A DNA stretch of 64,000 nt from Candidatus Latescibacterota bacterium (GTDB lineage Bacteria > Latescibacterota > UBA2968 > UBA8231), in the NCBI GenBank assembly GCA_965197905.1, contig CBDAOB010000005.1:160001-224000 (forward strand), read 5' to 3'. Under the pieces are notes generated by a model. The model was not told where the DNA came from and ran no database searches. It saw only the letters and a list, made by a program, of their open reading frames with translations. Below are positions 18,688 through 28,900 of the stretch, in pieces. The number at the start of each line of letters is the position of its first letter. Positions within the stretch are counted from its first letter, which is position 1. The position numbers were made by a program, and so were the translations under genes.

Positions 18688-20136
18688 TTACAGATAATTG
18701 ATGAATGCCACCTTGTGCTCGGTGAAAAACTCGATCCCCGTCTTGCCGGCTTCGGGTATCCCATGCCCGGACGACTTCACCCCGCCAAATGAAAGCTGCG
18801 GCTCTCTGTACGCTGTCATCATGTTCACGTGGGTGAGCCCTACCTCGGTCTTCTCCAGAAACTGAAAGGCCCGCGAGATGTCCTGCGTGAAAATCGACGA
18901 GGACAAACCAAATTCCACGCGGTTCGCCAGTTCCAGGGCCTCGTCAAAATTCTCCGCCACGAGCACGCTCAACACCGGACCGAAGATCTCCTCTTGGGCA
19001 ATGCGCATGTGAGATTGGACATTGGTAAAGACCGTCGGTTCGATGAAACATCCCTGATCCATGCCGTTGTCCGTCAGTCTGTGGCCGCCCTGCGCCAACG
19101 TAGCGCCCTCCTCTTGGCCGATTTTGATATACCCCGTGATCGACTCCAGCTGGTCCGTGCCGCACACCGGTCCCATGTCGACCCCATCTGTCCGTCCGTC
19201 TCCAACCCGCAGCGCCCGCGCCCGCTCCAACAGCCTGGCGTTAAAAGTCTCCGCCACCTCACGCACGACGATCGCCCGACTCGTCGAAGTACACCATTGG
19301 CCGGCACAGGCATACGCGGCCTTGGCGACGGCATCCGCCGCCTTGTCCAGATTGGCGTCCTCCATGATCACGACCGGGTTCTTGCCGCCCAACTCCAGCT
19401 GCGTGCGAATCAATGTCTGCGCCACGCTCTGCTGAATTCCCTTTCCAACTCCGGTCGATCCCGTAAAGGAAATCGCCTCGACGAGCGGATTGGTGATCAT
19501 CTCCTCGCCAACTGTGCCGCCGCCACCACAAACGAAATTCAGCACGCCCGGCGGTAGACCCGCCTCGACAAACACGTCGACGAAGGCCTTGCCGGCTTTG
19601 GGCGTCAGACTCGCTGGTTTGAAGACGATGGTATTGCCGCTGATCAAGGCCGGAGTGCATTTGCGGCCAGGCACATTGAAGGGAAAATTCCACGGGCTGA
19701 TGATCGATGCCACGCCGACGGGGCGCCGAACGCTGTAGGCGAAAACCCCCGGTGTCGCCGAGGGCGCTGTCTCGCCGCACATCGCCAGCCCCTGGGCAAT
19801 CTGGAATTCCATCTCGCGCACTGCTGAGCCGGCTTCGGTCCTGGACTCGTCGAGGGTCTTGCCGTTTTCTTCGGTCAGGATCGCAGCGATCTTCTCGGTC
19901 TGTCCTTTCATGACTGTAACTGCCCGCGACAGAATTTCCGCCCGCCGATGCACACCGATTCCGGACCACTCGGGAAACGCCGAATGGGCGGCTTCAATGG
20001 CCCGCCTGGCGTCCTCGCGAGTGCTTTTGGGCCATTCGCCCGTCACCTGCTCCAGATTGGCCGGATTCCGCTGCTCGAAGGTTCTGCCGTCTGCTGAGCC
20101 GACCCATTCGCCATCGATATAGTTCTGATAATCCAT
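18688..20136 (-). CDS. Aldehyde dehydrogenase (alpha-KGSA dehydrogenase-like)
   Basis: PWNFP, FTGSTGVG, LELGGKNP, catalytic GQWCT, EEIFGPV, FGGVKSSG. Confidence 0.92.
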   Translation of the reverse strand: MDYQNYIDGEWVGSADGRTFEQRNPANLEQVTGEWPKSTREDARRAIEAAHSAFPEWSGIGVHRRAEILSRAVTVMKGQTEKIAAILTEENGKTLDESRTEAGSAVREMEFQIAQGLAMCGETAPSATPGVFAYSVRRPVGVASIISPWNFPFNVPGRKCTPALISGNTIVFKPASLTPKAGKAFVDVFVEAGLPPGVLNFVCGGGGTVGEEMITNPLVEAISFTGSTGVGKGIQQSVAQTLIRTQLELGGKNPVVIMEDANLDKAADAVAKAAYACAGQWCTSTSRAIVVREVAETFNARLLERARALRVGDGRTDGVDMGPVCGTDQLESITGYIKIGQEEGATLAQGGHRLTDNGMDQGCFIEPTVFTNVQSHMRIAQEEIFGPVLSVLVAENFDEALELANRVEFGLSSSIFTQDISRAFQFLEKTEVGLTHVNMMTAYREPQLSFGGVKSSGHGIPEAGKTGIEFFTEHKVAFINYL

Positions 20137-20730
20137 TGTTGCTCCTAGGTAGTCTTGGATGGAAGCCATTTTCCCGCCGACCCGTCCCATCGGAAGGGGA
20201 AAAAATTTTTAATGTACCCAAGTAGAGGCGGCGATAACAGTGCTTAGGCCGGGACTCGATGCAGCACAGACGGGCGGCTGAAGCCCGAACGGTCATAGAG
20301 CTGCCTACCGTGACTCCTTTCACCCGGAGTTTCGTAGCCGGCTCTCCTGCTCGGGATCGTATTCAAGTTGAATCTCTCGACGTCCCGCGGCAACGGCCGA
20401 CCGGCAAATTTGATGGTGCCATACTGCACGTGCTCAGGTTCTAACACCTGATGACGCCCGCCAATCCCCTATCAATATCGGCAAGGCCATAATGCTTGTA
20501 GGCGGCGCTGAAAAAACGACATACTAAAGGAAGCTATGGTTGGTCCGATAAACCTATAGTGAAGCTGGCTGCAGACCAGTGCGTGCGGATGACGCACGAG
20601 CACCTCCACCAAAGCCCGGCGAAAACGCGTATCGCCAACGGGCAAGAACAGGAGGAATGACGATGATGGGATATCTTAAGAGGCACGGCGCCTGAGACCG
20701 CCGTAAATGGCCTCTAGCAATAGAGGAGAG

Positions 20731-20762
20731 CCGGACACGCCTAGCGTGTCCGGTTTTTTTTT
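20731..20762 (+). terminator. Strong intrinsic terminator with no long upstream plus-strand gene
   Basis: CCGGACACGC-CTA-GCGTGTCCGG followed by 9 T. Confidence 0.8.
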
Positions 20763-21466
20763 AGAGTGACTGCGACCAACCGATTCATCACTGCAAGCCG
20801 ACGACGACCGCGACGGCGGTCCACGGCCGCGTAGCTACCGGTGAGCTCGCCGGCCCCCTGTGCTTTGCCGCCCGCGGTTTCTCGCTGCATGCGGCTACCC
20901 GCATCGACGCCGGCGACCGCACTCGGAAATCGTCCCACGTCTAAAGCTTCGGGGCAGGTTTCCCTAGCCGGCCCCTCCATACTCAGCAAACGCCCCCGAA
21001 AAACGCCGCGCAAGAGCGGCACGGACCCTCGGCGTGATCAGCGATAATGGTCTTTATTCGTCCTATATTCTAGCGGAAGGATATAGCCCTTCTCGTTAGA
21101 CTGTTTTACCTGGGCCGGCGCCAATGTTTTGGGCGACTCGCCCGCCGGAAAAAAAGCAACACCCGTTCCATATCCGGCAGGGCATCCGCCAATGCGCAGT
21201 ACAAGCTCATGTTTCTGCGCCTGGAGGATCAGGAGCACAAAGTGCGGTTGCGCGGTCCGAGTTGCGCTCCATTCCCATTCTGCGGGGGGAATATGCCCTT
21301 TTGCCGAGGAGGCTGCTGCGCGCGCTGGTGGGCTTCACCGAGTTGGGACGGCCGATCTAGAGGATAACAGGGGGAGCATGCACATCCAAGAGTGGAACAT
21401 TTGATTCATGAATCTAGGATTAGTATCGTGTAACAACACAGGTCCACTGAACGAAAGGTCGAGACG

Positions 21467-21660
21467 ATGGACACACAAGTACCACTGATCAGCACACGCA
21501 CGACGGGCCCTCTGGGTGTCGCTCATCTTCCAAGCTGTGGTTGAAGATGCGACTGGCCGCCAAGGACAGGCCTGCCGAAGGATGACACAGAGTGGCTCGG
21601 CGCGGACCTCAACGATCTGGAGGGCTGGCAAGACTTCCACCTGGCCTTGCTCGAGGCGTG
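21467..21660 (+). pseudogene. DUF5069-like protein remnant
   Basis: MDTQVPLISTRTTGPLGVAHLP / LWLKMRLAAK after a frameshift, then ADLNDLEGWQDFH; middle of the gene deleted. Confidence 0.55.
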
Positions 21661-21807
21661 ATCTCTCCCCTCGCATGACGAACTGGTCTCGGCAACAGGG
21701 ATTCGCGTAATGCGTTCAAAAGCGGGACGATATAGATACACCGAAACACTCGAATCAGCGTATTTTCAGAGCGCACGGAGGGCCGATTTGAACCAAGGAG
21801 ATAACAC

Positions 21808-22713
21808 GTGACGCCGGATGCGCTGACGCACAGGCTAACCGAAGCGGAGCAGCTGCACTTCGAGGAGCAGGGACACCTCCACATCGAAAACGCGCTGACC
21901 GAAGAGCAGGTGGATGGCTTGAAAACCGCCGTCGACAAACTCCACGGCGACGCAATCGAAGCCGGTGTCACGGAGGAAGGCAAACCGTGGGGCAAAGCCG
22001 ACCTGATCGGACAGGACGACGCCTTCCTCGACATCCTGGACAACCCGCGTGTCCTACCGAAAATCTGGGACATCCTCGGCTGGAATATATACCTCTACCA
22101 CTCGCATCTGCACGTCAAGCCGCCTGCACCGTCCGATGTGGAGGAGGGCGAGGGCTGGATGGAGTTCCATCAAGACAGCGGCCGCGTCAGCATCGAGCAG
22201 CGTACGTTTCCGCAGGCCCGGCTGTCCCTTAAAGTCGGTTACTTTCTGACCGACGTGTCAGAGCCCGGCCGCGGCAACTTCTACATCATCCCCGGGAGCC
22301 ACATTTCGCCGACCATCCCGATCTCTTCGGAAGTCGGCCGCGATCCGGCGGAAGCACGGTCGGATGGCATCCCTGACGGCGCCGCGCCGGTCTGCGCGGA
22401 ACCCGGAACAGCGGTCCTGTTCGACCGTCGTCTCTGGCATGGCCGGAGCGCCAACCATTCAGACCTCACACGGAAGGCGCTGTTTTTCGGTTACGGCTAC
22501 CGCTGGATCCGGCCCAAGGATCCGACTACAGTGGATCACATCCTGCATCGTCTGGATCCGATTCAGAAACAGCTCCTCGGTGCCCAATCCGGCCCGAACG
22601 GCGTCTACGTCCCGAAGGATGAGGACGTGCCATTGCGATCGTGGCTGGTGGAGCAGTTGGGCGAGGGCGCCGTTCTGGAGATGGATCAGGTAACAGCTGG
22701 GTATGGCAGCTAG
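21808..22713 (+). CDS. PhyH family dioxygenase
   Basis: LTEAEQLHFEEQG, FHQD, IIPGSH, PGTAVLFDRRLWHGRS; AAGGAG RBS. Confidence 0.88.
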   Translation: MTPDALTHRLTEAEQLHFEEQGHLHIENALTEEQVDGLKTAVDKLHGDAIEAGVTEEGKPWGKADLIGQDDAFLDILDNPRVLPKIWDILGWNIYLYHSHLHVKPPAPSDVEEGEGWMEFHQDSGRVSIEQRTFPQARLSLKVGYFLTDVSEPGRGNFYIIPGSHISPTIPISSEVGRDPAEARSDGIPDGAAPVCAEPGTAVLFDRRLWHGRSANHSDLTRKALFFGYGYRWIRPKDPTTVDHILHRLDPIQKQLLGAQSGPNGVYVPKDEDVPLRSWLVEQLGEGAVLEMDQVTAGYGS

Positions 22714-22749
22714 TGGCAGCCTTAGGCCAAAGCTTGAAAGGGAATAGTA

Positions 22750-23973
22750 ATGATCCATGCAATGGAAAATAAGCAGTTGAATCCGCGACTGCAGGTGTTG
22801 TTTGGCGCCGACGCGCATAGCGAACACCCTTTGGCCCAAAGTGGAGCTGGGATACGCTTTACCGGTATCGACCTGTGCCACCCGTTGAACGAGGGTCAGG
22901 TGGATTTTCTGCTCGACGCATTGAGCCAGTTGCGGATCGTGTGCATCGCCGGACAAGACCTCGCCCGGTTTTCCCTTGCCCACTTCGAGCGATTCGCCAA
23001 CCATTGGGGCGCGCCCATTCCGCACCCTAACAATTTCATGCGTGGGGGGAAACCGGCGCAGCAGGATGGGTCCAGCGACGGCCCGATCGAGCTGATCCCG
23101 TACGAGAAGCGGACCGTGGCTGCCGTCGATAAGACCTTCCCGGGCCGGTTGCAGTGCCTGCCACATGAGTCGCCGACGGTGCTGGTGGTGTCCAACTTCA
23201 GTGGGAAGGCGGCAGAGGGGGAAACCCAGATGAGGTCCGGCGGCCATTGGCATACAGATATCGAGTACGAACCGTTGCCGATATATGTGTCCATGTTTCT
23301 CGCCCACAGTTCGCCCGTCTCGCGCGACACTCCGGGCGGAAACTGGATTCAGGCCCCAGGCGGCGACGCTTCCAATCTGTATTACGAGTGTTCTGCCGAC
23401 GAGCTGATGCAGCTACGCATGCGCCTGCCGTTAAACGGCGAGACGGCCTTTGCCGATTCGGCTTCGGCTTTTGCGGCGTTGCCGTCTAAGGAGCAGGCGG
23501 CACTAGAACGCGTCCAACTGAGGCGGCGGTTGAACGAGGGAGACGAAGGATGGCTCGCGCCGCTGGTGCGCACCAACCCGCGTTCGGGGATCAAGTCCTT
23601 GCACAGCCCGATTTGGGCGTCACGGCCAAGGGTGCGGCCGCCGGTTGAGGTGGACGGGATGACGATGGAGGAATCACGCACTTTTTTGGACCGCTTAGAA
23701 ACGCATGTGCTGCAACCGCAATTCCGCTACGACCATCTGCACGAGCCGGGCGACGTGACGATCTGGGACAATTTCATGACTCTGCACAATACACCGCCCA
23801 CCAAGTCGAATATCAGATCGATCGACGACGCCCGACTGCTCTATCGCTTGAGCTGCAAGGGCGAGCCGTCGCTGTCACTGCCGCGGCGGGACGATACGGA
23901 GTGGCTTGAAGCACATGTCGCGGGCAGCTACTCGACGCCTGAGGAGATAATCGACGTTCACACAGCTTGGTAG
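22750..23973 (+). CDS. TauD/TfdA family dioxygenase
   Basis: WHTD, GETAFAD, PLVRTNPRSG.KSL, GDVTIWDN..TLH. Confidence 0.85.
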   Translation: MIHAMENKQLNPRLQVLFGADAHSEHPLAQSGAGIRFTGIDLCHPLNEGQVDFLLDALSQLRIVCIAGQDLARFSLAHFERFANHWGAPIPHPNNFMRGGKPAQQDGSSDGPIELIPYEKRTVAAVDKTFPGRLQCLPHESPTVLVVSNFSGKAAEGETQMRSGGHWHTDIEYEPLPIYVSMFLAHSSPVSRDTPGGNWIQAPGGDASNLYYECSADELMQLRMRLPLNGETAFADSASAFAALPSKEQAALERVQLRRRLNEGDEGWLAPLVRTNPRSGIKSLHSPIWASRPRVRPPVEVDGMTMEESRTFLDRLETHVLQPQFRYDHLHEPGDVTIWDNFMTLHNTPPTKSNIRSIDDARLLYRLSCKGEPSLSLPRRDDTEWLEAHVAGSYSTPEEIIDVHTAW

Positions 23974-24068
23974 CATGCCATTCAGGTTTGTCCTGTCGAA
24001 AGAACAATCGGGTTTAACTCAATCAAGCCGACAGACAGCGATCGACTATACGAGAAGGAGTGAGCGCC

Positions 24069-24440
24069 ATGGTTCGGATTTTCCTCGTCATCGGGTCGGT
24101 TTCTGGCTTCCTGGGCGTCTGTCTGGGCGCGTTCGCTGCGCATGCTCTCAAGGAGCGACTGACCCAGGATCTGCTTGACACCTTCGAGGTGGGCGTTCGA
24201 TACCACATGTACCACGTGTTCGCCCTGCTGGCCACGGCCTGGATCATTAACCACTGGCCCGGCGCCACGGCGACTGTCGCAGGATGGCTCTTCGTCGGGG
24301 GAATCGTGGTATTCTCGGGCAGTCTCTACATCTTTGCTCTGACGGGCGTGCGATGGCTGGGTGCGATCACACCGATGGGCGGAATCGCCTTTCTCGCCGG
24401 TTGGATCTGTCTGGCCTGGCACGTCTGGCGAAGCGTTTAA
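24069..24440 (+). CDS. DUF423 (YgdD/TMEM256) membrane protein
   Basis: GAFAAHAL, YHMYH, FSGSLY, LGAITPMGG. Confidence 0.9.
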   Translation: MVRIFLVIGSVSGFLGVCLGAFAAHALKERLTQDLLDTFEVGVRYHMYHVFALLATAWIINHWPGATATVAGWLFVGGIVVFSGSLYIFALTGVRWLGAITPMGGIAFLAGWICLAWHVWRSV

Positions 24441-24503
24441 GAGACTCGAGCCTTTTGACTCGGAATGGAGGCTTTTCGATCCTACACCTCAGGAGGTGGA
24501 ATC

Positions 24504-24902
24504 ATGAGACGAGTACTTTCAGATATGCTGTTGGGCATGGGTTTTCTGGTCTGGTGTGCGGTCAGCGCCAACGCAGTCGAAGGCGAAGAGAAAAAGCCCC
24601 AAAACAAGGTCCTGGAGGGCCGCCTAATCGACTTGATGTGCTACACTATGGATATGGTGGGTGAGAAACATACCCAATGCGCTTTGCAGTGTGCCCAGAA
24701 GGGGTTGCCGGTAGGGCTTCGGGAAGAGAAGACAGGTAAGCTCTACACGATTTTGTTGCCCTCTCCCGGTCTGGCGGATTGTATGGAGCAGACGGTGCGC
24801 ATAATGGGTAAGGTGAACTTTGAAACTCTGTTGGCCCCGCAGCGCATAGAGATTAAAGAAGGAAAAGAGTGGAAGGCTGTTGAATTGCCCTCGGCTATGT
24901 GA
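24504..24902 (+). CDS. Secreted conserved hypothetical protein (Cys/His motif)
   Basis: AGGAGG RBS, signal peptide, G.LIDLMCY...H.QCALQC...GLPVGL. Confidence 0.7.
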   Translation: MRRVLSDMLLGMGFLVWCAVSANAVEGEEKKPQNKVLEGRLIDLMCYTMDMVGEKHTQCALQCAQKGLPVGLREEKTGKLYTILLPSPGLADCMEQTVRIMGKVNFETLLAPQRIEIKEGKEWKAVELPSAM

Positions 24903-24906
24903 CGCT

Positions 24907-24943
24907 CCGTTGGAGTAGGGCAGCTACTCCAACGGGAGTGTTT
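24907..24943 (+). terminator. Hairpin after the hypothetical gene
   Basis: CCGTTGGAGTAG-GGCAG-CTACTCCAACGG perfect 12-bp stem, short T tail. Confidence 0.5.
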
Positions 24944-25039
24944 CGGCTTGCGCGTCTCTACCCCATATGATTTCAAGGTATTGGGACATCTCTGGCCGGC
25001 CTCCTCGATGCACTCAAACACCCCCGAAAAACGCCGAGC

Positions 25040-25193
25040 AACCAACGCCGGTCCACACATCGGCGCCATTGACGAAGCCTCGGCCCATTACCGCCGATAC
25101 ACCCCCAAAGAACTTAAAGAGAAGGTGGTTAAGATTGGATGGGTTCCGCTCGAATCACGCTACATGAATGTGGCCGGGGTGTTGCCCTACTAG
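25040..25193 (+). pseudogene. Class I SAM methyltransferase C-terminal remnant
   Basis: GAIDEASAHYRRYTPKEL...SRYMNVAGVLPY without the N-terminal SAM-binding part. Confidence 0.45.
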
Positions 25194-25223
25194 TTGAAAA
25201 GTCGGAGCGTGATGGCATGCCGA

Positions 25224-26084
25224 TCAATATTTTTTCTCGGTGTCCAAGTTTTTTTGAATATCGGTCAATATTTCCAGGGTCTCGTTCACGGGGATCTCTT
25301 CGCGTCCGGCTGTGCGCTCCAGATATTCCCGGGTTTTGTTATTGAGAACGCCATAGAATCCTCGCACTTCCTCGTCCGGATGGTCCCTCCACAGAGACGG
25401 TGGCATGTAGGTGTGATCGGCGAGGTAGGCGCGGTGCCGGTGCCCGTAGAGGATCCCTACGGTTTTTCGCGCGGTCTTTGTCGGACGTACGGTGGCCGTA
25501 TGTAAGCATGATACGTTGAACAGTATCGCCGTGCCCGCATCACCGTGCAGATCGGAGACTCCGCCGCGCGCCAGCTGCGCTTCTTTATCCAGAATTTCTT
25601 CGTCGATCGACTCGGGCGAAATGGACAAGCAATGGCTTGTGGCGCTCACGTCAGACAGGTAGAGCATCAACCGCAAATAGCCTATGCGCAGCGGATGTTC
25701 CGGCCACATGAGCCGTTCCCCGCCATCGCGATGCCAGCGGCGCCCTATGGGCCCTTCCCATGATGTCATCCCGGGAATCGCCTCACCTTCATACGGCCCC
25801 ATGTGATTGAGGTGGGTTTGCGCGAAACAGACTTCGTCGCCCATCAAAACTTTGACGGGCTCCATGACCGTTGGGTGGCGAATGATCTCATCAAATTCGG
25901 GCGCCGTCAGGAGCGACTGGCAGTACTGGGTTTGCCAGATACCGTTGTCGTTCCAAAAACGGCTGAAGTCCCGTCGCTCGCGTTCGAAAACATCTGAAAA
26001 GCGGCCCACTTCATCGTCGTTCAAGATCTTGCCGAGCGACAGGTAGCCGTTGTGCTTGAAGAAATCGTAATCTTCCTGTTTCAT
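25224..26084 (-). CDS. PhyH family dioxygenase
   Basis: FFKHNGYL, WHRD, GDAGTAILFNVSCLH. Confidence 0.8.
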   Translation of the reverse strand: MKQEDYDFFKHNGYLSLGKILNDDEVGRFSDVFERERRDFSRFWNDNGIWQTQYCQSLLTAPEFDEIIRHPTVMEPVKVLMGDEVCFAQTHLNHMGPYEGEAIPGMTSWEGPIGRRWHRDGGERLMWPEHPLRIGYLRLMLYLSDVSATSHCLSISPESIDEEILDKEAQLARGGVSDLHGDAGTAILFNVSCLHTATVRPTKTARKTVGILYGHRHRAYLADHTYMPPSLWRDHPDEEVRGFYGVLNNKTREYLERTAGREEIPVNETLEILTDIQKNLDTEKKY

Positions 26085-26261
26085 TGCGGCTACCTTTCAA
26101 ATTGATGTGGTCGAGTTGTTCGAAGTAATGGTTTTCTACGGATACTCGCAATTTGCGTAGCTGCGAACAGTAACTCTGCTGGGCGACTTACGAATGTTCA
26201 GCGGCGACAATCCGCAAGAAGACGATCAGACCATCGTATCGGGGGGCGAGGAGAGCTAACC

Positions 26262-26351
26262 ATGAGCATCATTCTGCGAGACATCGATCTCAGCAACTTT
26301 GATGCGTGTATTCGCGTGAAAGACCAACCCCACGTCGCCTCTAGCAGGTAG
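26262..26351 (+). pseudogene. GNAT (polyamine acetyltransferase-like) N-terminal remnant
   Basis: GAGGAG RBS then MSIILRDIDLSNFDACIRVKDQPHVASS and a stop. Confidence 0.35.
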
Positions 26352-26469
26352 CGGATGCGAACAGGGTCGTCCTGATCTTCGAGGAACAATGCTTTATCAA
26401 CAGCACCGGTCTGTCAGCGTTATTCGAACACATCCTCCCAGGGATTGAGCAAGGCAAGGATGCCGGCAG

Positions 26470-27373
26470 CGCCGCCGAGTATGACGGCCCTTGGAAAAAG
26501 GACGCCACTGCCAACCTCAAAGGTGACCCGGGCAGCGGGCGTTACGGCCGGTCGGTCTGGCTAACCACCAGTACGGACTTCCGGCACTGGACCCCAGTGG
26601 AGCTCATCTTCGAGACCGATGACCTGGACCAGGAACTGGCGAAGGAGAATATTGCCGAGCGCCTGGCGAATCCCTCACTCCAACAGCCAGTGGCAAACGA
26701 TCCCACCTACTATAATGCCGACATATACGACATGGGGATCTTTCGCTACGAGGGCCTCTACCTCAGCACGCCGGCCATCTACCATTCGGTTGCTCAAAGT
26801 ACATCGGAACCGGCGAACACCACCGGCTTCCACCTCCTCCAGTTGATGTCGAGCCGCGACCTGCGCCATTGGCAGCGGCTGGGTGACCGCAAACCGTTCA
26901 TCGGCCCGTCGCCGCTAGGCGCTGGCGCCTATGATCTGACCCAGATCCTCGGACCGTCCTGGCCGGTGGTGCGTAACGACGAGCTCTGGCTCTACTATTC
27001 CGGCTTCAAATATCGCGACCGACCCGAGAACGCCGAGCCGGACGTTGGCGCCATCTGTCTGGCCGTGCTGCGGCGCGACGGCTGGATCTCACTTGACGCA
27101 GGTGAAAAAGAGGGGACCGTATGCACGCAGCCGTTTGTCCTGCCAGAGGGTGACCTGCAGGTGAATGTCGATGCCGGACAGGGTGCCCTGCACGTGGATG
27201 TCCTGGATCAGGCGCAACAGATCGTGGCCGCTTCCGAGCCCGTGACCGGGGACCAACCGCGTGGTCGACTCACCTGGCGCCAGGGCGAGCTGCGGGCACT
27301 GACCGGCCAAACCATCGCCCTCCGCTTCAGGCTGTCTGCCGCGAGCCTCTATGCATATTGGATCGAGAGTTAA
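26470..27373 (+). pseudogene. N-terminally truncated beta-propeller glycoside hydrolase-like gene
   Basis: Homology (GRSVWLTTSTDFRHW) begins upstream of the ORF start; SRDLRHW, LRRDGWISL, LYAYW C-terminus; N-terminal blades absent. Confidence 0.6.
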
Positions 27374-27419
27374 CGATACCCTGTCGCAGGCCATCGGTCT
27401 CGAAGATGAGCTCCACTGG
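26594..27419. repeat. 28-bp perfect inverted repeat pair (26594-26621 / 27392-27419)
   Basis: CCAGTGGAGCTCATCTTCGAGACCGATG and its exact reverse complement. Confidence 0.9.
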
Positions 27420-27620
27420 AAGAGAAATTTGCCGTTACAGATGTATTTCTTGAGCTTCTGGTCCCAGACAAAATTGGTCGTGTCTCCCATTCCGCTGCTC
27501 GACAAAAAAATCGATGATCTCATGTCTTGATGTCAGTCTATTGCAGAAGTATTACTCATCGATCGAGCCTGTGTTGAAAGCATATTGGTGGGCACGTTTG
27601 AAGATAATCAGTGAGAAGTA

Positions 27621-27786
27621 ATCAGTTCGGCTGCGCCGCCAGTTCTGAATTCCGAAACTGATGACTGTTCACTTCTTTCAGTAGTCAGTGCGGCTGCGCT
27701 GCCAAGAGAGTAGCAGTATAAGTCGACGAGCAATCGGCTATATTGTGGTCGTTCTGGATTCCGAAACTGATGACTGATGACTGACC
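27621..27786. repeat. REP-like and heptamer intergenic repeats
   Basis: Two copies of GTTCTG(A/G)ATTCCGAAACTGATGACTG, two of CAGT(T/G)CGGCTGCGC(C/T)GCCA, and ACTGATG tandem heptamers. Confidence 0.7.
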
Positions 27787-27791
27787 ACGGA

Positions 27792-28754
27792 ATGAAAGTC
27801 CTGCTCGGCGTTGATCCTTGCATTCCCTCTCTGCAGGAGATGCAACGTGAATTTCCGGAACTCACGTTCTGCGCGGCCGATAGTCCCGAAACGCAGTTGA
27901 GGCACATCCGCGACACGGAGGTCTGCATCGGGGCCATGACGCGCGATGCGTTTTTGGCTTCCCGCGAACTGAAGTGGGTTCAGTCGCCGTGGACAGGCAT
28001 TGATTTTGTCACGGCGATTCCTGAGTTGGTCGAGAGCGACGTCGTGGTCACGAACATCCCTGATGTGCATGCCCCTTCGATGGCGGATCACGTGTTCGCC
28101 ATGATCCTCGCCTTTGCGCACTGCCTGCCGCAGATCTTCGAAGACCAGAAGCAGCACCGCTGGGACACGAAGAAGTATCACAACAAGATCCTCGAGCTCA
28201 ACGGCACGACGATTGGCATTCTCGGTTTGGGGGGGGTCGGTCGTGCGGTGGCGCGCCGAGCGCGCGGATTTGGCATGAAGGTCTACGCCATCGCACGTGT
28301 GCCCAATGAGGGCATGTCCGACGAGGCGGATGAGATCTGGCCGCCGCAGCGCACCGATGACGTGCTCAAGATCTCTGATTGGTTTGTCGTGACCGCACCG
28401 TTGACGGACGAGACACGCGGGATGATCGACAAGCGGCGCATCGGGCTGCTCAAACCCACTGCCCATGTCATTGTGATCTCGCGCGGCGCGATCGTTGATG
28501 AAACGGCCCTGGCCGATGCACTTCGCCAGGGGCGCATTGCCGGTGCTGCCAGCGATGCACTGCCGCAGGAGCCGCCCGATCCACAGGACTTGGGTCCGCT
28601 TTGGGATCTGGACAACTTCTTGGTCTCGCCGCACAGCTCAGGGCCAACGGCCGAGCTTTTCGCGGGGCGCAAAAGGTTCTGTAAAGAGAATCTGCGTCGC
28701 TATCTAACTGGCGAGCCGCTGCTAGGCGTGCGCGACAAGAAGTTGGGCTACTGA
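27792..28754 (+). CDS. D-2-hydroxyacid dehydrogenase
   Basis: GILGLGGVG, APLTDETRGMI, ISRGAIVDE, QEP, SPHS. Confidence 0.9.
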   Translation: MKVLLGVDPCIPSLQEMQREFPELTFCAADSPETQLRHIRDTEVCIGAMTRDAFLASRELKWVQSPWTGIDFVTAIPELVESDVVVTNIPDVHAPSMADHVFAMILAFAHCLPQIFEDQKQHRWDTKKYHNKILELNGTTIGILGLGGVGRAVARRARGFGMKVYAIARVPNEGMSDEADEIWPPQRTDDVLKISDWFVVTAPLTDETRGMIDKRRIGLLKPTAHVIVISRGAIVDETALADALRQGRIAGAASDALPQEPPDPQDLGPLWDLDNFLVSPHSSGPTAELFAGRKRFCKENLRRYLTGEPLLGVRDKKLGY

Positions 28755-28900
28755 CGAAAACGGTCATGGTGAGGAAATGGACCGTGCACGTTGTTGCTAT
28801 GCACGTCGAAGTTCTCAACCCACGACTCATACTTTTTCCGCACGGCTTCGATGCCCTGCAGGAGCTCGTCGCATGGCTCGATCGTCACCACGTCCGGCGA
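28752..28900 (-). pseudogene. SnoaL/NTF2-like protein remnant
   Basis: PDVVTIEP....QGIEAVRKKYESWVENFDVHS..VHGPFPHHDRF, both ends missing. Confidence 0.45.

Noticed and set aside
20534..20762. Assignment to c-di-GMP, c-di-AMP or T-box riboswitch
   Set aside because: Consensus nucleotides not found by eye; left as an unclassified structured RNA
20200..21400. Short ORFs around 20.2-20.45 kb and 20.8-21.4 kb
   Set aside because: No recognisable motifs or convincing RBS; probably decayed sequence
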